From assembly GCA_965116215.1 (NCBI GenBank), contig OZ220494.1, positions 384,841 through 448,840 of the forward strand: DNA of 64,000 nt, written 5' to 3'. Every line of letters begins with the position of its first letter. The stretch's first letter is position 1. The notes beneath the pieces were generated by a model. That model ran no database searches. It had not been told where the DNA came from and was given only the letters and a program-made list of their open reading frames with translations. Below are positions 49,582 through 58,560 of this stretch, piece by piece. Source of the DNA: Bdellovibrionales bacterium (lineage in GTDB: Bacteria; Bdellovibrionota; Bdellovibrionia; Bdellovibrionales; JAKFYE01). The position numbers and the translations under genes are program-made.

Positions 49582-49914
49582 TTAGGATACTCTTTTCATG
49601 TACTGAAAATATTTTTTATCAAAATCCTTAGGTTTTGTGCCGTCTTTCTTAAGAAGGCCTTCCTTAAACCACATATAATGGGTTTTACAAAACCCTAATT
49701 TTTCAGCTCTTTTTCGACATTTGTTAGATAAACAAGACTTTACAAAAGGTATAGCAGGGTCAATTCTATCAACATCATCTTTAAAATATAAACCAAATCT
49801 TTTTTCCTTTTGTTTGCTTGTCTTTTGATTTTTTACTCTATATTTAGATGCTGACTCCTTTTTAAATAAAAATCGTGTTAATGGGACTTTATTTTTTACT
49901 TTATATTCAGACAT
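49582..49914 (-). CDS. small Lys-rich protein with C-x4-C-x9-C-x2-H-Y motif (paralogue of the 11802-12605 C-terminus)
   Basis: The ATG at 49914 is preceded by GGGAGGG. The basic N-terminus is followed by CLSNKCRKRAEKLGFCKTHY. The track ORF has 29 extra upstream codons. Confidence 0.65.
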   Translation of the reverse strand: MSEYKVKNKVPLTRFLFKKESASKYRVKNQKTSKQKEKRFGLYFKDDVDRIDPAIPFVKSCLSNKCRKRAEKLGFCKTHYMWFKEGLLKKDGTKPKDFDKKYFQYMKRVS

Positions 49915-50066
49915 TAACCCTCCCTTTTTATTGAAAATATACCCCTCGAAATGCTTATCGGATAAACAGGAACAGGACTTTAGCCTTATTTCAATGTACA
50001 TTATGAAAGGTATTTATATTTCATAGGATATTCCATGCAACAAAACATTCAGTAGATCAGGGAGTT

Positions 50067-51077
50067 CTATTTTTTCAGATCTATCAAAAGGGGAGCCGGA
50101 TGGAAAGCATTTTGAGCTTTGTCGTTAAGACTACTGTGTCCATGCCAATTGAGTAAATAAGGGCTTAAGTTGCCATATTTTTCTTTTAGCCATAAAATCT
50201 TTTCAGTATCTTCTCCAATAAGAGGACAAGTGGATTTGAAATGAAGATTTTGTTCTTTTAGGGTTCTTTTTATGTTTTTTTGTATCTTGAGCTTATTTTT
50301 TTCTTTGGTAAAACGAGAACAATTAATGGTTTCATCAAAACCATGGTCAATATAATCACCCCAATCCATTGCCTTTATTTGCACCCAACGATTTTCCTGA
50401 CAATTTATATAGGGACCTAGATTCTGCCCTAAAATGTCTTCTTCTTTTTGGAGTATGTGGTTCCAAAATCTCATTCCATTAAAATTCGCTAGCATGTCTG
50501 CATAAGAGATGACTCTTGTGGTTTTGGATCCCAGAAGATTGCTCTCAGCTTTCCATCCGATCATGAGGGCTTGTCCCAAAGATTGACCTTTAAGATAATA
50601 TTTTTTAAAATACTTGAACCCTGAACCTAAAAAGTGTCCTATTTTATCAGTTCCTAGATAGACATCTCCTATTCGAAGGATACGGGCTAAAAAGGGTTGA
50701 AAAAAATAAATGGGAGCTGCCATTATTCGTAGGAATTTGATGAGAGTGAAATTTGAATAAATACTTTCTTTAAAGGTATAAGAGAGCAAATCTATTTTGT
50801 CATTAAAAATGACGTCTGTTCGTAACCAGGATTGAGGTTTGAATCCATTTGTAAAGTATTTTTTAAAAGCCTTGTAGAGTTGCTTTTCATGACATCCGTC
50901 TTCTAATTTATCTAAAATTTTAGTCATTCTGCTATTGAAAGATAGATTTAGTTGTTTGCGAGAATCTATTAAAGAGGCACTGGCTGTGTAGGTGGAAAAG
51001 TGATCGACTTCTGCGGCTTCAAGATATAAGGAAAAACAAACACTAAAAATAATCATTTTTGTTAGAGTATCAACCAT
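50067..51077 (-). CDS. secreted protein, unknown function
   Basis: Signal-like N-terminus MIIFSVCFSLYLEAA/E. 336-aa ORF. I recognised no family. Confidence 0.55.
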   Translation of the reverse strand: MVDTLTKMIIFSVCFSLYLEAAEVDHFSTYTASASLIDSRKQLNLSFNSRMTKILDKLEDGCHEKQLYKAFKKYFTNGFKPQSWLRTDVIFNDKIDLLSYTFKESIYSNFTLIKFLRIMAAPIYFFQPFLARILRIGDVYLGTDKIGHFLGSGFKYFKKYYLKGQSLGQALMIGWKAESNLLGSKTTRVISYADMLANFNGMRFWNHILQKEEDILGQNLGPYINCQENRWVQIKAMDWGDYIDHGFDETINCSRFTKEKNKLKIQKNIKRTLKEQNLHFKSTCPLIGEDTEKILWLKEKYGNLSPYLLNWHGHSSLNDKAQNAFHPAPLLIDLKK

Positions 51078-51291
51078 ACCACTCCTTTGTGAGAGCTAAT
51101 AACTTTGAATATTGTTTTGGTTTCAATGGTCGCTGTTATCATAAAATGATTTAAACTCACTTATGAGAATAAAAAACCTCCACAATTATATTCTATAAAC
51201 ATTTATACCATTTTAAATGAAATTATTTACTGAAACCATTTAGAAAAGCATTTGAAGCCCATACAAAAGTCGTGAAAAATAAATAAATTGT

Positions 51292-52839
51292 TTATTTGGA
51301 AGTGGACTTTAGGTCGGCTAATTCAAAGTGATTCATTATGTTGAAGGACCATCCTTGGAAATTTGGATTCATGATGCGTGTAAAATGAATACGTCCTTGT
51401 GGAATTCCTGTGTAGCTATCCATCCAAATTTCAATAGCTTGCCGGCAGAGTTTCTTTTTCCCTCTTTTCTTTTTTCTTAATTTTTTAATCAATCGATCGT
51501 ATTTTGAACTTCTGAATTGTATATAATTTTCTATAGAGTTTGATTCAAATTGTTCAAGTGCAGCTATACATGTGGGTCTATCTAAGTTCATGCCTTTTCT
51601 AAAAATAGGGGGTGGTTTATTTTTTAATTTTTCTAAATAAAGTCCTTGTTCTGAGGGTATAAGTTCTATCTTAAGGTTTAAGTTTTGTTTCCATTGTCCT
51701 TGATAGAATTCACCAACCCTTTTTAAATCATCTCCTCCTAATTTACTAAAATAGAATTTCCATCTTTTTTTCAAAACACTTGGTGGAACTTGAGAGAGAA
51801 ATTTTTTGGCTTTTTTTAAGTTAAAGTCATAACAGGGTACTTTATCCATAAAATAAAGAGGGATGCTAGGGCATCCTGGACGACCCAGAGCGTGAAAGAG
51901 TTTTTTAAAGGCATTGTAATCGACGCCAAAAGTGAGAGCTTTTCTTAAGTTAGGATAGGGCTTAAGTTCTGGGCCAAAGCCAATATAATCAAAACGGGCT
52001 AATTCCACTTGAATGAAGCCTTTATGTTTTTTAAATCTAGGGATTTCAATTGTAGGAAGCCGTCTCATAAAATCTAAATAACCTGTTTCGAATAAATTTA
52101 ATGCTGTTGAATCGTCTTCAACGATGAGGATATCGATATTTGGTCGATCGGTATTCCCCATTGGATAATGTGGGTTTTTTTTCAGTGAAATTTTTTTGCC
52201 CTTTTCCCAATGATCAACATAATATGGTCCATTGGATAAGAATTTAATTTGCGAGGGTGGTACATTATGAATTTGACGAAGCGGTGCAAAGACTGGAGAG
52301 AGTAATTTAAAAAGAAATTCAGGATCTTCTTTTTCAAAGAGAAAAATCAATCTTAAGTCATGTGGAGCTGAAACCCCTAGAGTTTTTGGTTTTAATTGTC
52401 CGCTATAAATTTTCTTTGCATTTTTAATATTAAAGAGTTGATGGACTTCTTTTGCTTTCGAACTGGGATTGATAAGATATCTTAGTGTTCGAATATAGTC
52501 TTCAGCTTTAACTTTTATACCATCATTCCATGACATTTTAGGATTCAAATCACAGATAAGCTTCTTTTTTGTTTTCCAAAAGCAGGACCGGGCACCTTCG
52601 GGAATTAAGCCCTGTTTATTATCATAACGGTAAAGACCTTTAAATAACATACTATAAAAGTAGTTGATATCACTTCCTTGTATATTTGCTGGATTAATTG
52701 TTTCAGGCTCTTTAGAGAGATGAAATTTAAAAATAGCATCAGTCGTATATGCGTAGAGTGATATAAGCTGAAGTATTATAATGGTGGGAATTTTTATTCT
52801 TTTTAATATTCTAATAGAAAAGGATTTTAAAGTGTTCAT
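51292..52839 (-). CDS. ABC-transporter family-5 (peptide/nickel-type) substrate-binding protein, orphan
   Basis: N-terminal signal/anchor. SBP_bac_5-like pattern: GLYRYDNKQGLIPEGA...W.DG..V.A.DY..T. 515 aa. No permease or ATPase genes are adjacent. Confidence 0.7.
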   Translation of the reverse strand: MNTLKSFSIRILKRIKIPTIIILQLISLYAYTTDAIFKFHLSKEPETINPANIQGSDINYFYSMLFKGLYRYDNKQGLIPEGARSCFWKTKKKLICDLNPKMSWNDGIKVKAEDYIRTLRYLINPSSKAKEVHQLFNIKNAKKIYSGQLKPKTLGVSAPHDLRLIFLFEKEDPEFLFKLLSPVFAPLRQIHNVPPSQIKFLSNGPYYVDHWEKGKKISLKKNPHYPMGNTDRPNIDILIVEDDSTALNLFETGYLDFMRRLPTIEIPRFKKHKGFIQVELARFDYIGFGPELKPYPNLRKALTFGVDYNAFKKLFHALGRPGCPSIPLYFMDKVPCYDFNLKKAKKFLSQVPPSVLKKRWKFYFSKLGGDDLKRVGEFYQGQWKQNLNLKIELIPSEQGLYLEKLKNKPPPIFRKGMNLDRPTCIAALEQFESNSIENYIQFRSSKYDRLIKKLRKKKRGKKKLCRQAIEIWMDSYTGIPQGRIHFTRIMNPNFQGWSFNIMNHFELADLKSTSK

Positions 52840-52857
52840 TGAAAGAGTTCTTATCTG

Positions 52858-53904
52858 TTAAGTTAATCCATGAGCCTTGGATTCATAATTTCCAGAACCA
52901 CTCATTTCTATAAACTCGGTATTTTCTCTCATTTCAGGTATTGAAGTCACGTTGATATAACTCATTCCACTGCGAATGCCTCCACAAATTTCAGATATGA
53001 CGTCAGAGACATGGCCTTTAATAGGAACTTTTGTGGATTCTCCCTCTAAGGCCATGCCTTCAGGAACTTGTCCTCTCCATGTGACTTGAGCTGCTTTAGA
53101 GGCCATGCCTCTATATTCTTTGTGTCCTTTTTTGATTTCTCCAGGAGTTTCAATAGTTCCTGCAAGCATAGATCCTAACATGACTGTATCTGCACCACAG
53201 ACGAGAGCCTTTACGATATCTCCTGATGTTTTGATTCCTCCATCGGCAATGACAGGTACGTTTGCATCAATAGCTATTTGTGAGCAGAGAGCTATAGCTG
53301 TGAGTTGTGGTACACCACAGCCTGTAATAACTCGAGTTGTGCACATAGAACCGGGGCCAATACCGACTTTTATTGCATCTGCCCCAGCTTTTATTAATGC
53401 TGTTGCAGCTTCCGGTGTCGCAATATTTCCTGCGATGACTTCTATGTCTTTATATGTCGTTTTAATGTGTGTTAGAGCTTCTAACATAGATAGTGAATGC
53501 CCGTGTGCAATATCGATAGTGAGGATATTGACTCCTGCATTCACTAGGGCTTCAGAGCGTTCTTTCCAATCTCCGCTAACACCAATACTGGCACTGATAT
53601 TTTTATGGCCGACATCTTTAATCTTCTGTACTTCTTTGACTTGTTTGTCAATGGATAAGAAGCGATGAATAATTCCAAGTCCTCCTTTTTTGGCTATGGC
53701 TATAGCCATAGCACTTTCTGTTATAGTATCCATGTTGGCACTGATAATGGGAATGTCTAATGAGACCTTTTTAGTTAATCTGGATTGTAGTGAAGGATCT
53801 TTTCGAGATTTAATATTAGATTTTTTAGGGACGATAAGAACATCATCAAAGGTCAGTCCATGTTCGCGTTGAGGAATTTCTTTCCACTGAAATCTTAAAG
53901 CCAT
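52858..53904 (-). CDS. IMPDH/GMP-reductase-family protein lacking the CBS subdomain
   Basis: LTFDDVLIVPKKS, ISANMDTITES, IGPGSMCTTR and [15 protein letters not shown] motifs. It has 348 aa, with a short linker where guaB (14522-15979) has its CBS pair. Confidence 0.8.
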   Translation of the reverse strand: MALRFQWKEIPQREHGLTFDDVLIVPKKSNIKSRKDPSLQSRLTKKVSLDIPIISANMDTITESAMAIAIAKKGGLGIIHRFLSIDKQVKEVQKIKDVGHKNISASIGVSGDWKERSEALVNAGVNILTIDIAHGHSLSMLEALTHIKTTYKDIEVIAGNIATPEAATALIKAGADAIKVGIGPGSMCTTRVITGCGVPQLTAIALCSQIAIDANVPVIADGGIKTSGDIVKALVCGADTVMLGSMLAGTIETPGEIKKGHKEYRGMASKAAQVTWRGQVPEGMALEGESTKVPIKGHVSDVISEICGGIRSGMSYINVTSIPEMRENTEFIEMSGSGNYESKAHGLT

Positions 53905-53906
53905 CT

Positions 53907-54638
53907 TTATACTTTTTCCATGCGAGTGTTCAAGCCATAATAGATGCTAAAAATATAAGTTGTCACGGAAATATAAAGCAAAACATTTATAAATAGTGTA
54001 ATGAAGGTTGTCAGTAGAACTGCTGTTGTTTTTGTATGAATGCCTATCATAGGGTAAATTTTAAAAAGGAGAAGTTGAGTTCCTAATATCATAGAATAGA
54101 CGGCGGTATAGGCTCCACAAATCATAAAAAATAGAGCAATTTTGTTGTTTTTAGTCAGGTTCTCTGAAGTTTTTAGGGCATCTTTATTTCCCGCAAGATA
54201 TTCGGGGTCAAATTGGGCTATAAGAGGGACAAAGGCTAATCGTGTGTATTTATAAAGTCCCGGCAATATGAGAAATAGAGACCAGAGTAGGATTCTTAGA
54301 CTGGCCCGGAAATATTCAATAAAAACCTGAGCCCAATGTTTTTTCCAATGGTCCATAACATTTTTAGCAAGATTTTCTATATGGGCTTCCCTTGCTACAA
54401 AATAGGGGATAAGCACAATAGAGATAAATTCCCATGAGAGGTTGCAAAGGAATGATCCGGCCCAAGCAAAGGGGGGGGCGTCGTCTTGTAAAATAGCGTT
54501 AAAGTACTCGATCAATGCACCTAAAAGGTGAAAAGGAATATATAAAAGGAGAATCGGACCCAGACCTCTTCTGAGTGTTCCGGGAAAAAATTTTTTAAAA
54601 TGAATAATACTTTCCATTGGTTCAATTACATTATTCAC
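53907..54638 (-). CDS. polytopic membrane protein, unknown function
   Basis: About 5-6 hydrophobic segments. The stop lies 2 nt before the IMPDH-like gene start. Confidence 0.55.
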   Translation of the reverse strand: MNNVIEPMESIIHFKKFFPGTLRRGLGPILLLYIPFHLLGALIEYFNAILQDDAPPFAWAGSFLCNLSWEFISIVLIPYFVAREAHIENLAKNVMDHWKKHWAQVFIEYFRASLRILLWSLFLILPGLYKYTRLAFVPLIAQFDPEYLAGNKDALKTSENLTKNNKIALFFMICGAYTAVYSMILGTQLLLFKIYPMIGIHTKTTAVLLTTFITLFINVLLYISVTTYIFSIYYGLNTRMEKV

Positions 54639-54783
54639 AGGAAAGTAGGGTGTCAGGATATTTTTGAAAAATTAATGCTTAGCGCAAGATTATCTGAGTT
54701 TATTTTTTATGTGGTTTTTTAAAGATATCCCACTGGACAATTTATAAAAGTATCCTTAGTTTTATTTTTGTATTTTTTGGGAG

Positions 54784-54872
54784 GCCCGGGTGGCGAAATT
54801 GGTAGACGCACAGGACTTAAAATCCTGGGACCTTCACCGGTCGTGCCAGTTCAAGTCTGGCTCCGGGCACCA
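54784..54872 (+). tRNA. tRNA-Leu (anticodon TAA)
   Basis: Acceptor GCCCGGG/TCCGGGC, anticodon stem CAGGA/TCCTG with loop CTTAAAA, long variable arm (class II), T arm GCCAG-TTCAAGT-CTGGC, and an encoded CCA. 89 nt. Confidence 0.93.
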
Positions 54873-55355
54873 CTTTTTATCACATACTGTTAGATCGGGT
54901 CTCGTATTTTGAAAAGGTAGTTCAACAAATTGCACTGCCATCTTTCAAGATAGATACGTTTTTTAAATTTATTTAGATATTAGATATATCTTCATAGTTT
55001 TCGTCAGAAGGGGGACTTAATATTTTTATACCCTCTTTAAATACAACTTTCATCGTATGAGAACTTAAATGTAAAATAAATCCTAAACCAAATTGAGAGT
55101 GATAAATATTCTCTTTATTGCTGAAATTTTTATTTAATTGATGAGATCTCAGAGGCGATTGATAATGTCTTAATTGAGCATCTTTGAAGAAATCTCTTCA
55201 AAGAAGTAAACAAACAAGAGCATTATAGAAACGAATACGAATAATAACGGCCATGATAGCATATCAGAACCTATCGGCTTTTTCTACCCAATGCTTTAGT
55301 CGAGTAACTCTTCTTAGGCCTATTGAGATGGGTGTATGTTTTATATTGATACAAC

Positions 55356-57044
55356 TTAAGGAAATGTTAGGGGTATGTTGATTATATAGCCCCTAATTGT
55401 CATCCTATACTTTTTTATTTTTGTTATAGAGTTGCCTTTTATATCCAATCCACGTAGAGATATTTCATAATGATGTCCTGGTTGGAGAAGAATAGGTGAT
55501 ATCCAATCTAGATAAGTGTTTTTCTCTTCTAATAAGTTCACAGTCTCTTTTAAAATCAGATCTCTATATGTTTTATGTTGAAAGTTAAATCCTAAAATCT
55601 CTATATCTATAGAGTGTATTTCTTTAGGAAGTTTTCGGTTTTCAAATCGAATTATTAATTCACCTTTTGGTTCAATGTGAAGGGTGATATCTGGATAATA
55701 AAACGTAGGGTCAATATAGTTCATAATATTTCTTGCTGGAATATAGGGCGGAAAAGTATATTGAGTACTGACAAGTATTCCATGAGATTCTTGAGTTTGT
55801 AATCCACCATGAGTTCCGGCTCTATTTTTAAAAAAGTATTCAATGAATTTAAAAAATAAAGTGGAGGCATGTTCGTAGCCCTCTTTAAAAGTCACTAGAA
55901 TTGTAGCGAGATGATTCACATCATTAAAGCCTTCAACAATACGATGTAAGCTATCGGGATATGCAGTGTTTATGCTAGCTTGAAAAATCTCCTCTTGTGA
56001 TATCCATCTTTGAGTTTTAATACCTTGAGTTTCTAATCCTAATAAGTCACCAGAGTTTTTTGTCAAAAAGAAAAACTTTCTATCCTCTGTGCTATAAAAC
56101 TCCAGACGATGAGATTCCCTTCCTATAAGATAACCTCCGTTTTTGAGTCGTGTAATGACAAGGTCTACATATTCAGTTTGTTTTGCAGAGATTTCAAAGA
56201 CTTCTTTTTTTCTTTCCTCTTTCATATAAAGGGGAGCTACAGATACTATACCATAACTAGTATCTACAATATCACTTGATGATTCCAATCGTTTGACTAT
56301 TTGAAATCCAGCTTTTTTGAGAACTTTATGAAGCTGATCTCTTTTTGATCGAAGAAGAGTATTTCCATGATCTGAAACCAGCGTTATAGCTAAAGGCTCC
56401 CCATAGATCTGATTATATTGTCTACGGAGATCTGTAATTGTACGATCAAGATCATGCAGAAGCTCCATTAGTTTTTGTTCACCTTTTGTGTGTAGGACTT
56501 TATCAGTTATACTAAAAAGAATGAAATAACCTTGAGACAGGGGGTTTTCTAAGAAAGTCTTTTGGAAGCTGCTTAGCTGCTTTCTAAACACTTTATCAGC
56601 TCTTCTTGTATAAGATAGGCGAGGAAACATTGTTTTTTTACCTTTTGGAATTTTTTTAGGTATTTCATTAAATGAAGCATATTTATTTGAGTTGATAAGT
56701 TTCCTTTTTAAATTGGATTGATAATATGTTGGTTGATAACCATTGTGTTTGCTGTTCTGAAGCATAATGGACCAAGCAGTTTTAGTTAGGGAGGGAAATG
56801 TGGAGATCATTCTGGAAGGCTCTTTAAAATTTTGAAAGAGCCCGTTTTCTTGCGCCTTTAGAAAACTAGTATAGGGGACGCCGTCTATTCCAATAATTAA
56901 ATGATGAGGAGTAGGGGAGTTCTCTGTATTTTTTTGGAATAATAGAGGGGATGCATTTGTATATTTTATGTTTATAAAAAAACCAATACAGAGAGGGATA
57001 ATAAAATGAAAAATGCGAATAATAAAAAGAAAGTATAGGCTCAT
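55356..57044 (-). CDS. membrane-anchored alkaline-phosphatase-superfamily protein (nucleotide pyrophosphatase/phosphodiesterase-like)
   Basis: N-terminal TM segment. Metal and nucleophile motifs of the AlkP fold: IIGIDGVPY, FPSLTKTAWS, LVSDHGN and GTHGG. The extra C-terminal ~130 aa have unknown function. Confidence 0.6.
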   Translation of the reverse strand: MSLYFLFIIRIFHFIIPLCIGFFINIKYTNASPLLFQKNTENSPTPHHLIIGIDGVPYTSFLKAQENGLFQNFKEPSRMISTFPSLTKTAWSIMLQNSKHNGYQPTYYQSNLKRKLINSNKYASFNEIPKKIPKGKKTMFPRLSYTRRADKVFRKQLSSFQKTFLENPLSQGYFILFSITDKVLHTKGEQKLMELLHDLDRTITDLRRQYNQIYGEPLAITLVSDHGNTLLRSKRDQLHKVLKKAGFQIVKRLESSSDIVDTSYGIVSVAPLYMKEERKKEVFEISAKQTEYVDLVITRLKNGGYLIGRESHRLEFYSTEDRKFFFLTKNSGDLLGLETQGIKTQRWISQEEIFQASINTAYPDSLHRIVEGFNDVNHLATILVTFKEGYEHASTLFFKFIEYFFKNRAGTHGGLQTQESHGILVSTQYTFPPYIPARNIMNYIDPTFYYPDITLHIEPKGELIIRFENRKLPKEIHSIDIEILGFNFQHKTYRDLILKETVNLLEEKNTYLDWISPILLQPGHHYEISLRGLDIKGNSITKIKKYRMTIRGYIINIPLTFP

Positions 57045-57267
57045 TGTATCTTCCTTAATAGTTATAAGATATCATTGTTTAAAACTTTAGCAAGTCAGAC
57101 AGCAGTACTTGAGATAGACATTCTCTTTGAGATAAGGGGCAGGAGGGAAAGGATTTCATTTGAAAGTGTTGATTTTTATCAGGGAGGGACAATTTATTAT
57201 CCTACAAAGCAAACCCCAAAAGATGAGTTTATTTTAGTTCTTAATTGTATTGAATTCTCTATGTGAA

Positions 57268-57330
57268 CTCTTTTAAATGATTAACAATCAAATAAAATGA
57301 AAGCCTGATGACACTTTTTAATAACACCGC
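57268..57330. repeat. Sel1-gene 3' element, copy A
   Basis: ctcttttaaatgattaacaatcaaataaaatgaaagcctgatgacactttttaataacaccgc covers the last 4 codons (..RCY*) plus ~50 nt downstream of the 57318-58343 gene. Confidence 0.85.
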
Positions 57331-58343
57331 TTATTCTCTTCATGTTTCCTCTCCCAGTACAGGGCTTTTTGAAGATCTTTAAAAACACCAAACCTATACA
57401 TTTCACTAAGAATATCTTGAGCCCTCTTATGCCCCTGCTCTGCTAGGGCTTCATACAACTCCAAAGCTTTTTGAGGATCTTTTTTAACCCCCTTGCCTTG
57501 TTGATACATTAAAGCCAAATGATATTGAGCATGTATATGCCCCTGTTTTGCTGCAGCTTCAAACCACTTAAAAGATTTAATATTTTCATTATTATAATAT
57601 CTCGAGCCAAGGTCATACTGAGCCTTGCTATTTCCCTCCCTTGCCGCTGTTTCAATCTGTTTATCAAAGCTTAGTTGCTCCTGAGCTGCCTTATACCCTT
57701 GGTCTGCTGCTTTTTGAAACCAATAATGAGCCTTTCGAAGATCTCTTTCAACTCCCAGTCCCATATCATACAGTTGAGCAACTCTATATTGAGCTCTACT
57801 ATGCCCCTGCTGTGCTGCCTTCTCATACCATTTAACAGCCCTTTGATGATCTCGACCGACAAGGTTTTTTCCTAAATGATATATATCAGCAAGCTTAAAT
57901 TGAGCATTTACATCACCTCGTTCTGCTCGGGTTTCAATCATATTAACGCTTTGTTGAAGTACAGATTGAGCTGGCTTATACCCTTGGTCTGCTGCTTTTT
58001 GAAACCAATAATGAGCCTTTTGAAGATCTCTTTCAACTCCCAGTCCCAGACTATACAGTTCAGCAACTCTATACTGAGCATCTATATGCCCCTGCTGTGC
58101 TGCCTTCTCATACCATTTAACAGCCCTTTGATGATCTTGACCGACAAGGTTTTTTCCTAAATGATATATATCAGCAAGCTTAAATTGAGCATTTACATCA
58201 CCTTGTTTTGCTTGAGCTTCAAGTTGCTTCAAATTTTCTGAGTTTTCATTAGCCCCATAAGATAAAGGAGCAGAAAAACAAATAGCAAAAAGTAAGGCCA
58301 TCTTGGTTAAAGCTAAAGACTTTAGAAATGGTTTTGGTTTCAT
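57318..58343 (-). CDS. secreted Sel1-like repeat protein, paralogue 2 (contains 285-bp tandem duplication)
   Basis: AAAGGAGCC RBS. Signal peptide ...ALLFAICFSAPLSYG/ANENSE. About 8 Sel1 units. Ends ...ENKRCY. Confidence 0.9.
   Translation of the reverse strand: MKPKPFLKSLALTKMALLFAICFSAPLSYGANENSENLKQLEAQAKQGDVNAQFKLADIYHLGKNLVGQDHQRAVKWYEKAAQQGHIDAQYRVAELYSLGLGVERDLQKAHYWFQKAADQGYKPAQSVLQQSVNMIETRAERGDVNAQFKLADIYHLGKNLVGRDHQRAVKWYEKAAQQGHSRAQYRVAQLYDMGLGVERDLRKAHYWFQKAADQGYKAAQEQLSFDKQIETAAREGNSKAQYDLGSRYYNNENIKSFKWFEAAAKQGHIHAQYHLALMYQQGKGVKKDPQKALELYEALAEQGHKRAQDILSEMYRFGVFKDLQKALYWERKHEENKRCY
57630..58205. repeat. ~285-bp tandem duplication (2 copies) within the Sel1 gene
   Basis: For example, cctaaatgatatatatcagcaagcttaaattgagcatttacatcacc occurs at 57871 and at 58156 (offset 285). 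The protein units GDVNAQFKLADIYHLGKNLVG.DHQRAVKWYEKAAQQGH... are repeated with a few substitutions. Boundaries are approximate. Confidence 0.85.
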
Positions 58344-58560
58344 GTTAAAGGCTCCTTTGTGTATGTGGGCATTATGCCGCTCATATTCTGATTTTTAAAA
58401 TAGCTAATGTTGTTATCTTAAAACAAGGCGAATTTTGTTCTCCTATTCATGTACGTAAGGAGCAAATGCTATGCCAGCTGAATAGATTCATCTTTTATGT
58501 TAATATCTTTTAAAAAAAAGAGTGTTGAACTTCCACTTAAAAGAGGCTAAGTTATTGTTA

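Noticed and set aside
53105-53668. 187-aa ORF (and 53690-53872) antisense to the IMPDH-like gene
   Set aside because: It is a shadow ORF inside a confidently identified gene. Its Pro/Ala/Ser/Ile-rich composition is typical of antisense frames. It has no RBS and no recognisable family.
57075-57266. 63-aa TTG-initiated ORF between the AlkP-like gene start and the Sel1 paralogue 2 stop
   Set aside because: It has no SD and a weak start codon, and it sits where the AlkP-like gene promoter is expected. I kept it as unlikely rather than impossible.
57641-58160. Cluster of 63-94-aa ORFs in both orientations (57641-57835, 57671-57862, 57675-57875, 57876-58160); similarly 59218-59418, 59267-59476 and 28124-28342
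   Set aside because: They are alternative frames of Sel1-repeat genes. Their recurrence is a by-product of the 285-bp tandem duplication and the repeat periodicity.
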